Source: Clostridia bacterium
Lineage (GTDB): Bacteria; Bacillota; Clostridia; Christensenellales; CAG-138
DNA: 64,000 nt
NCBI GenBank assembly: GCA_017523925.1
Contig: JAFWVQ010000020.1
Location: 12,062 to 76,061, forward strand
Direction: 5' to 3'
Shown here one piece after another: positions 8,644 through 17,622 of the stretch. The position numbers were made by a program, and so were the translations under genes. Position 1 is the first letter of the stretch. Each line of letters starts with the position of its first letter. The notes below the pieces were generated by a model that searched no databases, was not told the DNA's origin, and saw only the letters and a list, made by a program, of their open reading frames with translations.

Positions 8644-10655
8644 TGTCTGCCGCCGTTCAGCGTTTCCGTCATAAAAGCCGCGATCTCGGAGGGCGTGCTC
8701 AGGCTGCGCCCGGAGTCCACGGGAAACGCTATATCATAGTCGTGCCGAATCTTTGAAACAACGCCGAAGAAGTCAAGACTGCTTCCGCCGAGATCGAGAA
8801 AAAAGTCCGACTCGGGGGATATCTCGGAAAGCTCCTTGCCGAGCGCGTCTGCAAACAGCTGCATAACGCGGCTCAAAAGCTCGCTTCCCGCGCCTGCGGC
8901 GCTCGATCTTGCCTGCGTGCCTTCATAAGCGGTCAGCTCTCCGCGGTTGATCAGTTCGGCGATCCTTCTGCGATTTAGCTTGAACTCGTTTTCATTCATC
9001 AGCGGTTCGCGAACGATCAATATGCGCGTGATCAGATCCTCAAGCCCGTTTTGAGAAAGGCGCGCTTTAACTTCTTCATATATCCGCCCTGAGCCGTCGG
9101 CGCCTACGAAGGGCTTGAGCGAAAGCACGAGCGTTGGCCGCACGTCACCGCCATCGCCATTACCCTTGAGCGCAACAAGGCAGCATTCGCGCACGCCGTC
9201 CACAAGGAACTTATCCTCGATAAGGCAGGGATTGAGGTTCTCACCGGTGGGGGAGATGACCACGTCGTCGGAGCGGCCGAGGATGTGGTATCGACCGTTT
9301 TTGCACTCGGCAAGATCGCCGGTGTCGTACCAATCGCCGCCGCGTGCGATGATGTTTCCGCCCTCCGTGACCCTTGAAGCCGCCGATCTTGAGCGCACGA
9401 AAAGCCTGCCGTTTTCGATCCTGTATTCGCATGATGCGAACGGCTTGCCTACCGAACCGCTCGAAAGCAGGCTGTATTTCTTCTCGGTTTCAAAAGAAGT
9501 TATGCCGATCTCGGTCATTCCGTAGCCGTTTGCAAGCCTATACCCGATCGCGTTGAAAAAGCCAAGCACTTCGTCGCTTATCTCGCTGCCGCCGCTTATC
9601 ATGAAGCAAATGCTGCTCCCGAACATGCTGCTGCGCACCCTTTTGAATGCGACCTTGGAAAACAGCGGTCCGATGCATGGGATATCCGCTATCTTCCTGT
9701 AAATCGCCATTGCTCTGTTGAAGCGCTTTTTGGTCTTATCGCCAAGCTTATGTATCCCGCTCAAGGCCTCGGAATAAACCTTGTTCCAAAAGAGCGGGAC
9801 CGCAAAAATATGCGTTACCTCGTGTCTGCGGATCGTGTTGAGAACGGTGTCCTTGTCAAGCGAATTGAGAAGAACAAAGCTACGTGAAAAGAACGCGAAC
9901 CAGATATAGACCGAAACAAGGCCGAATATGTGGCTGAACGGAAGAAAAGCGAGCTGCTTGAGCCTGCCCTTATAATGTTTCTTCATCGCGGGGCATTCCC
10001 TGATTATCGAAAGACTGTCGCTGATCATCCAGTAGAAATTCTCGGCGGTGTAGGCGGCGAGCTTTACGTGCTCGCCGGTACCGGAGGACATTATCAGCAC
10101 CTCGTCCGCAAAGCCGTCCGATGGCAGCTCCGAACCGACGCGATCCATAAGCGCTTTGCCTGCAGGGTCTATTTCGTTAAGACCTATCACCTTGAGCGGG
10201 ATGCCGAGATCGAGTTCATCGGTTTCGGCAATGATCAATTCGGCTCCGCATTCAACGGCGGCTCCTGAGAGCGTAGCTTTGTCAAGCCTTTGATTCATCA
10301 AAAAAGGGCGGAAGCCGCAAGCAAGAACGGACCAGAAAACCTCGATCCACTCGCGGCTGTTTCCAAGATAGATCCCAACGGCGGCGCCGCGCGAAATACC
10401 GAAACTTTCAGCGATCGAGCCAAGCAGCGCGCTTCTTTTCAATATGCTTTCGCGGCATTCTCCGTAGGTAGTTTCAACTATGCGGTAACCCTCGCTCTTT
10501 TCGAACATGATGTTTTCCTTCTCGGAAAACATGAAGTCGAAAAGACTGCCGAAGTTCTTTTCGGTGTTTGAAAACCTATTCAGCTTTGAAGCAACGTAAC
10601 CGTCTATATCGCGCAGTGCGCTGTCGGACCTGTTTGCCACAAATGAACTCTCCAT
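8640..10655 (-). CDS. Acyl-adenylate-forming ligase fused to a C-terminal carrier (ACP/PCP) domain
   Basis: MSSGTGEHVK (degenerate A3), LPFSHIFG, GYGMTE, YDTGD, GRSDD...GENLNP; C-terminal DFFLDLGGSSLD carrier motif. Confidence 0.85.
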   Translation of the reverse strand: MESSFVANRSDSALRDIDGYVASKLNRFSNTEKNFGSLFDFMFSEKENIMFEKSEGYRIVETTYGECRESILKRSALLGSIAESFGISRGAAVGIYLGNSREWIEVFWSVLACGFRPFLMNQRLDKATLSGAAVECGAELIIAETDELDLGIPLKVIGLNEIDPAGKALMDRVGSELPSDGFADEVLIMSSGTGEHVKLAAYTAENFYWMISDSLSIIRECPAMKKHYKGRLKQLAFLPFSHIFGLVSVYIWFAFFSRSFVLLNSLDKDTVLNTIRRHEVTHIFAVPLFWNKVYSEALSGIHKLGDKTKKRFNRAMAIYRKIADIPCIGPLFSKVAFKRVRSSMFGSSICFMISGGSEISDEVLGFFNAIGYRLANGYGMTEIGITSFETEKKYSLLSSGSVGKPFASCEYRIENGRLFVRSRSAASRVTEGGNIIARGGDWYDTGDLAECKNGRYHILGRSDDVVISPTGENLNPCLIEDKFLVDGVRECCLVALKGNGDGGDVRPTLVLSLKPFVGADGSGRIYEEVKARLSQNGLEDLITRILIVREPLMNENEFKLNRRRIAELINRGELTAYEGTQARSSAAGAGSELLSRVMQLFADALGKELSEISPESDFFLDLGGSSLDFFGVVSKIRHDYDIAFPVDSGRSLSTPSEIAAFMTETLNGGRQ

Positions 10656-10681
10656 TCAGCTTAATGATATGCCGCGCGGGA

Positions 10682-11656
10682 TCATTCGCCCGAAAACAGC
10701 GGCTGTAAAAATCTATCAACAGCTTCCATCAGCGGAGTATTGAGCGCCCCCTCCTCGGTAAAAAGAATGGAGCCGTGCCCTGCGTGCTCGCTGTTTTCCT
10801 CCAAGTAGAAGCTGATGCCCGAGGATATCTCAGAGCCTTCAAGCGTCTCATAGAGGCTTATCTCCAATGGTATTGTGTCGTCGTTCGCGCCATGCACGAT
10901 AAACGATGGTATCGACGACTTTTGTATGCTGCGCGCGGCAGAGGAGTTGGCCTCCAAACCGAGCGAAGCATATTCGTGCGCGATCAGGAAGGGGGCGTGG
11001 ATATCTCCGAAAATAGAAGCATAGTTATGCGCCCAGAAGCGCATGGTGTCGACCGGCTTATCAAAAGCGGATACGCAGATCACCGCATCAGCGCCGGAGC
11101 GGTCGCCCTCGACTGCCGAAGCATAAGCACCCGCGCTGTGTCCGAAGAGGATGAGCGGGATACCGTTTGAAAGACCGTTTGCCTTAACGAACCCGACCGC
11201 CGCGCGAAGATCGTAGCGCGCCTGCTGAATGCCGATAACGCGCTCGCCGCCGCTTCGGCCGACTGCCGTGCCGTCGAATATCAGCACAGCATAGCCGCGC
11301 TCGGCTAAAAAACGAACCACCGGCTCATAACCGTCCGAGGAGCCGTACATTCCGTGCGCTATAAGCACCAGAGCCTTGGGCTCCGAGCAGGAGATATGAT
11401 AGCCGCACAGCGTGTTTCCGTCGAGCTCAAACTCGATCTCGCTCCATGAAAGCCCTCTGTTTTTCGCCCAACTCTCAAGGGGGAAGGGCTCTGACACGCG
11501 CGGCTTCGAGCGCCCGAACATCACAAGAAAAACGACCTCGGTAGCGATCATGGAAACAGCCACGGCGCCGCCGAGCACGACCGCGGTTCGCTTGATATAC
11601 TTGCGCAGCTTCTGCCTGCGCGGTGATTCCGTAACTCCGCTTTTCTTTTCGTCCAA
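10682..11656 (-). CDS. Membrane-anchored alpha/beta-hydrolase
   Basis: TTG start after AGGAG; N-terminal TM; IAHGM, GHSAG, HGANDDTIP and HAGH motifs. Confidence 0.85.
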   Translation of the reverse strand: MDEKKSGVTESPRRQKLRKYIKRTAVVLGGAVAVSMIATEVVFLVMFGRSKPRVSEPFPLESWAKNRGLSWSEIEFELDGNTLCGYHISCSEPKALVLIAHGMYGSSDGYEPVVRFLAERGYAVLIFDGTAVGRSGGERVIGIQQARYDLRAAVGFVKANGLSNGIPLILFGHSAGAYASAVEGDRSGADAVICVSAFDKPVDTMRFWAHNYASIFGDIHAPFLIAHEYASLGLEANSSAARSIQKSSIPSFIVHGANDDTIPLEISLYETLEGSEISSGISFYLEENSEHAGHGSILFTEEGALNTPLMEAVDRFLQPLFSGE

Positions 11657-11728
11657 TTTCGATAACTCCTAAAGGATGAATGCGTCATCCATGGTCGGGC
11701 ATCGCGGCGCATAGAGCGCCACTAATAC

Positions 11729-11757
11729 ATTATAAAGTATTGCCGTCAAACTGTCAA
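11729..11757 (-). promoter_or_regulatory. Consensus sigmaA promoter of the lipid operon
   Basis: Minus strand TTGACA-gtttgacggcaatactt (17 nt)-TATAAT; overlapped by an imperfect inverted repeat gtcaaactgtc...gacaggttttgac. Confidence 0.8.
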
Positions 11758-11805
11758 CAATTTCGGACAGGTTTTGACATTCAGACGCATCCAATACCAA
11801 GCTTG

Positions 11806-11842
11806 AAGGCGGGAGAGAGCATAGACCGGATCGTCCCGCCTT
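11806..11842 (-). terminator. Hairpin after the M20 peptidase gene
   Basis: aaggcggga...tcccgcctt inverted repeat at the stop codon. Confidence 0.45.
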
Positions 11843-12977
11843 ATTCAAAATGCCCGCCGATCACAAGACGAAGGCCGACCTCGAGCCCGACCTTCAGCGA
11901 AGGGATATCGAGCCACTCCTCCCGAGTATGCGCACCGCCGCCGTTTAACAGCCCGAAGGTCACGGCGGGCACTCCGAGCGAAAGCGGTATGTTTGCGTCG
12001 GTCGACGCCATGTAAAGCTGCGGCGTTTCGCCGGTCACGGCGCATATCGCGTCCGAACAGCGCGAGATCAGAGCGGCAAAGGCCGCTTCATCCACTTCAC
12101 CGCCGCAGGGACGCTCGCCTATCAGCTCCACATCGAACTGCGCCTCGCTGCAATTCGCCTGTGAAAGCAATCTATTTAAGCTTTCGCGCATATATGCGAG
12201 CGATGCGCCATCATTCGAGCGGTATTCATACAGCAGCTCGCAGCTTTGCGCGATCGTGTTCACGCTCGTTCCGCCCGAGATCGTTCCAACGTTATAAGTG
12301 GTTATCGAGCCCTCGCGGTGCGGAAGCACATGCTCGTACAGCCTTGCAACAAGCTTCGCCATATGATGGATGGCGTTTGGATTGCCGAATGCGCCGAACG
12401 AATGTCCGCCGACCGTGCGCGCCGTAACGCGCCAGCGCTCCGAGCCGACAGCTTTAGCGCAGATGCCGCTGCTCAAATTGCAGTCAAACGAAACGACCTG
12501 CTCTATCCTCCCCGAGTGATCCTTCATTATCTGCCGTATCCCTTTAAGGTTTCCAAGCCCCTCCTCACAGGAATTTAGCACGAACATGACGGGCGATCTG
12601 GGTTTGAGCCCCTTTTCGCGTATGTACTCGAGCATCATCAGAATTGCCACAACGTTTGCGGTATCGTCTCCGACGCCCGGCGCATAAAGCCTGCTGCCCT
12701 CCGAACGAACCGGAAGAGGCTCGGTATCGGGAAACACAATATCCGTATGCGCGGTGTAGCAGGTGATGCGATCATCCGCTTCATCGAAGAAGGGTATTAT
12801 AACGTTCTTTGCCTCGTCCACGCGGCACTCAAATCCACGAGCGAGAAGCCATTCGGTTATGAACTCAACGCGCCTGTCCTCATCGCCGGATGGCGCGGGT
12901 ATAAAGGCAAGCGCTTTCAGCAGCTCGAGCTGCTCGTCAAAATGCGATGCGATCCAGTTATTCATATAAGTTTTCAT
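11841..12977 (-). CDS. M20/M25/M40 family metallopeptidase
   Basis: AHTD, GVGDD, CEEGLG, GGHS, GGTSVNTI, STDAN and AHT motifs. Confidence 0.85.
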   Translation of the reverse strand: MKTYMNNWIASHFDEQLELLKALAFIPAPSGDEDRRVEFITEWLLARGFECRVDEAKNVIIPFFDEADDRITCYTAHTDIVFPDTEPLPVRSEGSRLYAPGVGDDTANVVAILMMLEYIREKGLKPRSPVMFVLNSCEEGLGNLKGIRQIMKDHSGRIEQVVSFDCNLSSGICAKAVGSERWRVTARTVGGHSFGAFGNPNAIHHMAKLVARLYEHVLPHREGSITTYNVGTISGGTSVNTIAQSCELLYEYRSNDGASLAYMRESLNRLLSQANCSEAQFDVELIGERPCGGEVDEAAFAALISRCSDAICAVTGETPQLYMASTDANIPLSLGVPAVTFGLLNGGGAHTREEWLDIPSLKVGLEVGLRLVIGGHFE

Positions 12978-13129
12978 GCTCCTTTCAAACTGCATACAAG
13001 CTTTGCTTATGTATTGATTATATCAAATCGCACGAGCTTAAACAACAAGAGATAGCATCATCCGAAAAAGCACCGGCGCGCTTCCGCTGAAACGCACCAA
13101 AGAAAAAACAAAATTTGACAGGATACGCT

Positions 13130-13182
13130 GTTGACTTCGTGTCAGCAAGGTGTTATAATGAGTTTGTTGACACAGAGTCAGC
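13130..13182 (+). promoter_or_regulatory. sigmaA promoter with two GTTGAC-N5-GTCAGC operators upstream of the tetR-family gene
   Basis: TTGACT (13131)-17 nt-TATAAT (13154); palindromes at 13130-13146 and 13166-13182. Confidence 0.7.
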
Positions 13183-13207
13183 ACAAACCCCGCGGAGGAC
13201 AGACTAT

Positions 13208-13819
13208 ATGACCGTAAGAGGATCCGCTCAGATGCGGACGGAGGAAATACTGAACGCCTGCGAGAGACTGTATGCCCGCATGAGCTTCAAGGAGGTTACC
13301 ATCAAGGAGATCGGCGCCGAAACCTCCTTTTCCCGTCCGTCCATCTACAACTATTTCCAGACGAAAGAGGAAATTTTCCTTGCGCTCTTCGAGCGGGAGT
13401 ATCTGTTGTGGGGCGACGATCTCGAAGCCGTGTTAAGTTCGCTTCCCGAGCCGTCGCTGATACCCGCACGGATCGCCGAAACGCTCGATAAGCGCGAGCT
13501 GATGCTCAAGCTCCTTGCCATGAACCTATACGACATGGAGGATAACAGCCGCATTGAGCGCCTCGTTTCCTTCAAACAGGCCTACGGCAGAAGCGTCTCG
13601 ATTTTCGATGCGATAATCAAAGCTGCGTTTCCTGCATTGACAGAGGATGAACGCAGGCGGATGTTGCTTTCCTCGCTCGAATTCATGCACGGAGTGTATC
13701 CTTATGCGCACGCGACCGCAAAACAGCTCGAAGCGATGACCAAAGCAGGCGTTCGGTATGATGCAAAAAGCCTGCACGAGCTTGCGCTCGACGGTCTGCA
13801 AAGAATAATAAAACAATAA
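13208..13819 (+). CDS. TetR/AcrR family transcriptional regulator
   Basis: ATG 13208 after GGAGG; VTIKEIG...SRPSIYNYFQTKEEIF HTH. Confidence 0.9.
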   Translation: MTVRGSAQMRTEEILNACERLYARMSFKEVTIKEIGAETSFSRPSIYNYFQTKEEIFLALFEREYLLWGDDLEAVLSSLPEPSLIPARIAETLDKRELMLKLLAMNLYDMEDNSRIERLVSFKQAYGRSVSIFDAIIKAAFPALTEDERRRMLLSSLEFMHGVYPYAHATAKQLEAMTKAGVRYDAKSLHELALDGLQRIIKQ

Positions 13820-13841
13820 TAATTTATCGGAGGAAATAACC

Positions 13842-15008
13842 ATGCTTGGAAACTTCAGCTACAAGAACGCAACCAAACTCTATTTCGGCGAGGATTCGCT
13901 GAGCTTTTTGAAGGATGAGCTCAATAACTTCGGCAAGAACGTCGTGCTCATCTATGGCGGCGGTTCGATCAAAAAGAACGGCATCTACGACAGCGTTATT
14001 GCCATTTTGAAGGAATGCGGTAAGAATATCGCCGAGGATGCCGGAGTTATGCCCAACCCCACTGCGGAAAAGCTCCGCGAGGGCGTGAAGATCGCGCGCG
14101 AGCATAATGCCGACCTGCTTCTCGCCGTCGGCGGCGGCTCCTGCTGCGACTATGCAAAGGCGGTATCCGTGTCCGTTCACTGCGATGAGGATCCGTGGGA
14201 TAAGTACTTCATCAGGTTCGATGAGCCGACCTGCGAGATAGTACCCGTCGGATGCGTGCTGACTATGGCTGGCACCGGCTCCGAGATGAACGGCGGCTCC
14301 GTCATCACCAACCACGAGACCCATCAGAAGATCGGCCACGTTTTCGGCGACGAGGTAATGCCGAAGTTCTCCATACTCAATCCGCGCTTTACGATGAGCC
14401 TGCCCAAGCGCCAGATGGTCGCCGGTATATACGATATCTTCAATCATATCTGCGAGCAGTATTTTTCTGGCGAGGATGACAACGTGAGCGATTACATTGC
14501 GGAGGGGCTGATGAAATCCGTCATCCGCAACTCCCTTGTGGCGATCGAAGATCCCGAGGATTATGAGGCGCGCTCAAACATCATGTGGGCGGCTACCTGG
14601 GCGCTTAACACGCTTATCGCCTGCGGAAAAGCCACCGATTGGATGGTACATATGCTCGGACAGGCGGCAGGCGGCTACACCGACGCCACTCACGGCATGA
14701 CGCTTTCGGCGGTCTCGCTTCCCTATTACCGCCACATCATGCCCTACGGTTTAGCTAAATTCAAGAGGTTCGCCACCGAGGTTTGGGGTGTTGGTGGAGC
14801 GGGCAAAACCGACAGGCAGATCGCCGAAGAAGGCCTTTCCGCCATGGAAAGCTGGATGAAAACGATCGGCGTTGCGATGAACCTTACCGAGCTTGGCGTA
14901 ACGCCCGATATGATCGAGGCTATCGCGGATGCGACCTTTATCTTCGACGGCGGCTATAAGAAGCTTGAACGCGAAGAAGTTGTTAAAATAATCAAAGAAA
15001 GCCTTTAA
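13842..15008 (+). CDS. Iron-containing alcohol dehydrogenase (BdhA/YqhD-like)
   Basis: YGGGS, AVGGGSCCD, TMAGTGSE, DIFNH, HMLG, HGMTL motifs. Confidence 0.9.
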   Translation: MLGNFSYKNATKLYFGEDSLSFLKDELNNFGKNVVLIYGGGSIKKNGIYDSVIAILKECGKNIAEDAGVMPNPTAEKLREGVKIAREHNADLLLAVGGGSCCDYAKAVSVSVHCDEDPWDKYFIRFDEPTCEIVPVGCVLTMAGTGSEMNGGSVITNHETHQKIGHVFGDEVMPKFSILNPRFTMSLPKRQMVAGIYDIFNHICEQYFSGEDDNVSDYIAEGLMKSVIRNSLVAIEDPEDYEARSNIMWAATWALNTLIACGKATDWMVHMLGQAAGGYTDATHGMTLSAVSLPYYRHIMPYGLAKFKRFATEVWGVGGAGKTDRQIAEEGLSAMESWMKTIGVAMNLTELGVTPDMIEAIADATFIFDGGYKKLEREEVVKIIKESL

Positions 15009-15021
15009 GGAGGAAAAAACA

Positions 15022-15585
15022 ATGAAGATCGAGATCAAAACCACCGAAGCAATTTTCCCCATGCCCGTATTGCTCGTTTCCACCTTCAATGAGGACGGCA
15101 GCGTGGACGTTATGAACGCAGCCTGGGGAACTATGCTCTCCCGCGATATGGTCGCCCTTAATCTTACCGAAACGCACAAAACCGTGCAGAACATCAAGTC
15201 GCGCAAAGGCTTCGTTGTGCATATTGCCGATGCAAAGCACGTTGTGGAGGCGGATTGGTTCGGCGTGATCAGCGCGAAAAACGAACCCGATAAATTCAAA
15301 AAGTCCGGCATGAGTTTTGAAAAGTCATCTCTTGTTGATGCGCCCGTTATCAACGAGCTGCCGATAGCGCTTGAATGCGAGTTTGTCGAGTATCAGAGCG
15401 ATGCGACCGGTCTCGGCGTGATCGGAAAGGTTCTGCGCACTTCTGTCGAAGAAGCGAATATGAAGGACGGCAAGGTAGACGTCGGCTCTCTTGAAGCGAT
15501 CGCCTTCGATCCCTACACCCACGGGTATTACAAGGTCTGCGGCCGCGTCGGCGATGCGTTCAAGGATGGGTTCAAGCTGAAATAA
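15022..15585 (+). CDS. Flavin reductase family protein
   Basis: FPMPVLLVST, MNAAWG, HKTVQNI, APVINELPIALEC motifs. Confidence 0.85.
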   Translation: MKIEIKTTEAIFPMPVLLVSTFNEDGSVDVMNAAWGTMLSRDMVALNLTETHKTVQNIKSRKGFVVHIADAKHVVEADWFGVISAKNEPDKFKKSGMSFEKSSLVDAPVINELPIALECEFVEYQSDATGLGVIGKVLRTSVEEANMKDGKVDVGSLEAIAFDPYTHGYYKVCGRVGDAFKDGFKLK

Positions 15586-15609
15586 TAAAGGAACCGTTAA
15601 GGAGCAAAA

Positions 15610-16080
15610 ATGAAAAGAATACTCGTTGCTTTTTTCTCGGCAAGCGGCGTAACCGCCAAGCTTGCAAGCAGGATGGCCGAAGCCGTCGGCGCGGACTTGT
15701 TCGAGATAGTTCCCAAGCAGCCCTACACAAGGGCCGACCTTGATTGGACGAACAAAAAGAGCCGCAGCACTTTAGAGATGCAGAATCGCGCCTGCCGCCC
15801 GGAGATCGCAGATACGATCGACGCTTCCGCATACGATACGATCCTCGTCGGCTTCCCTGTTTGGTGGTACCGTGAGCCGTCCATAATCGACACCTTTATT
15901 GAAAGCTGCGATCTAACCGGAAAAACGGTCGTTCCGTTCTGCACCTCAGGCGGAAGCGGTATCGGCGACTCGGCCGCCAATATGCAGGCGCTTGCAAAGG
16001 GTGCCAAAGTGCTTGAGGGACGCAGATTCTCGCCCTCAGCGTCGGCTGACGAGCTTAAAAACTGGGTCGAGCAGTTCTAA
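15610..16080 (+). CDS. Flavodoxin (Flavodoxin_4 family)
   Basis: FSASGVT, GFPVWW, PFCTSGGSG motifs. Confidence 0.9.
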   Translation: MKRILVAFFSASGVTAKLASRMAEAVGADLFEIVPKQPYTRADLDWTNKKSRSTLEMQNRACRPEIADTIDASAYDTILVGFPVWWYREPSIIDTFIESCDLTGKTVVPFCTSGGSGIGDSAANMQALAKGAKVLEGRRFSPSASADELKNWVEQF

Positions 16081-16093
16081 ACTGTGTGATCAA

Positions 16094-16834
16094 ATGAAAA
16101 GGATAATTTCGATTATCATTGCGGTTCTGATGCTTGCGCTTATGATGAGCTCATGCGCAGAGCAGCCCGCAACTCAGATCGAGGAAAACACGGCTGCTCC
16201 GAGCGTGACCTCCGCCCCCATTACATCTGCACCCATTACCGCCGCTCCAACCAAGAGCGTACAGCCGGCGCAGAGCGCTCAGGCACCGGAAACAGAGCCG
16301 CCGACGCCGACTGAAAGCGAGCCGCCGACAGAAGCTTCCGAACCTCCGACCCACAAAAGCGGCGTGCTCGTGCTGTATTTTTCGGCCACAGGCAACACAA
16401 AGCTGCTTGCGGATAGGATAGCGAAGCTTGAGAAAGCGGACATTGCTGAGATAGTTCCCGCGCAGCCGTACACCGCGGAGGACCTTAATTATCACGACCC
16501 CAGCACACGCGCCTCCGCCGAGCAGAACGATCCGAGCGCAAGACCGGCAATCGCCGAAGAGATCTCGCTCGAGGGTTATTCCGCCATTTTTCTCGGTTAT
16601 CCGATCTGGTGGGGGAAAGCGCCGCGCATCCTGAATACATTCGTTGAAGCGAATGATCTTACCGGCATAACCGTGATCCCGTTCTGCACCTCCGGCTCGA
16701 GCGACATCGGCGCAAGCGACGATGAGCTTGCCGCGCTTGCGGGCAGCGGAAACTGGCTGCAGGGCAAACGATTTGCTTTGAGCGTCACTAATGAAGAATT
16801 GCTGTCGTGGATCGGCGATTCGCTTGGAGAATGA
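16094..16834 (+). CDS. Lipoprotein flavodoxin with Pro/Thr/Ala-rich linker
   Basis: MKRIISIIIAVLMLALMMSSC lipobox; low-complexity linker; YFSATGNT, GYPIWWG, PFCTSGSS motifs. Confidence 0.8.
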   Translation: MKRIISIIIAVLMLALMMSSCAEQPATQIEENTAAPSVTSAPITSAPITAAPTKSVQPAQSAQAPETEPPTPTESEPPTEASEPPTHKSGVLVLYFSATGNTKLLADRIAKLEKADIAEIVPAQPYTAEDLNYHDPSTRASAEQNDPSARPAIAEEISLEGYSAIFLGYPIWWGKAPRILNTFVEANDLTGITVIPFCTSGSSDIGASDDELAALAGSGNWLQGKRFALSVTNEELLSWIGDSLGE

Positions 16835-16857
16835 ACCGATAAGCTATTTTCAATTGC

Positions 16858-16888
16858 CAAAAGGACCGGGCAGCGGCTCGGTCCTTTA
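16858..16888. terminator. Intrinsic terminator between convergent genes
   Basis: aaaaggaccgggcagcggctcggtcctttt hairpin with A/T tails. Confidence 0.75.
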
Positions 16889-16959
16889 TATTAACTTTTG
16901 AGCAGCACTGTCATAATGCTCGATCCTCGGAAAAAGCAAACCGTATAAAATGTTTGCCG

Positions 16960-17436
16960 TTACGCTTCATTCACGAGCTTTCCGCTAATATGCTCGGGAT
17001 TTATCGCAAAGAGCAGCGTAGCCGGTCCGGAGCGCTCGAGCTCATGCTCGATATAGGCTTCATCGTGTGTGAACTTGTGGCTTAGCTCGGCGGAGATGCG
17101 ATAAACGGTTTCTTTGTCCTCGATGAACTCGACTCTGCCGAAAACGATGACCGAGCTGATATTCAAAGCCCATTCGCCATCGCGAACAAAGCCCTTATCA
17201 TACACGCAGAAAGAAACCTTGTCGTGTTCCTTCATCGCATCGATCTTATGGCCGCGTTTCCCGCCGTGGAAATAGAGCTTGCAGTCATCCTCGCAGTAAT
17301 AATGATTCATCGGCATCCCGTAAGGATACCCGTCATCACCGAGCACCGACAGAACGCCGCGTTTTTCTTCCTTCAGAATGCGGATGCACTCCTCATTCGA
17401 AAGCTGCTGCTTTTTTCTTAGCATTTCTCTAAACAT
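16960..17436 (-). CDS. Pyridoxamine 5'-phosphate oxidase-like / Nim-family flavin-binding protein
   Basis: MFREMLRKKQQL, GVLSVLGDDGYPYG, LYFHG...GHKID, VSFCV, SVIVFG motifs. Confidence 0.85.
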   Translation of the reverse strand: MFREMLRKKQQLSNEECIRILKEEKRGVLSVLGDDGYPYGMPMNHYYCEDDCKLYFHGGKRGHKIDAMKEHDKVSFCVYDKGFVRDGEWALNISSVIVFGRVEFIEDKETVYRISAELSHKFTHDEAYIEHELERSGPATLLFAINPEHISGKLVNEA

Positions 17437-17622
17437 TGTTTTTTCCTCCTCGATCATTATCAAGATGATTATACTGCTATCTCATTAACCGTTCAATTGC
17501 AGTTTTTCTCTAACCTTATCTTTTTCACTTATTATTTCAGCAAGAAGCCACGAATGTTCCGCTTTTGAGCGCAAATGTCGCAGTTTCTGTTAAATATTCT
17601 GAGCGAGTATTCTTTTCGCATT

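Noticed and set aside
8640-10655. NRPS module call for the ligase-carrier fusion
   Set aside because: No condensation or thioesterase domain; motifs and neighbours indicate fatty-acyl activation.
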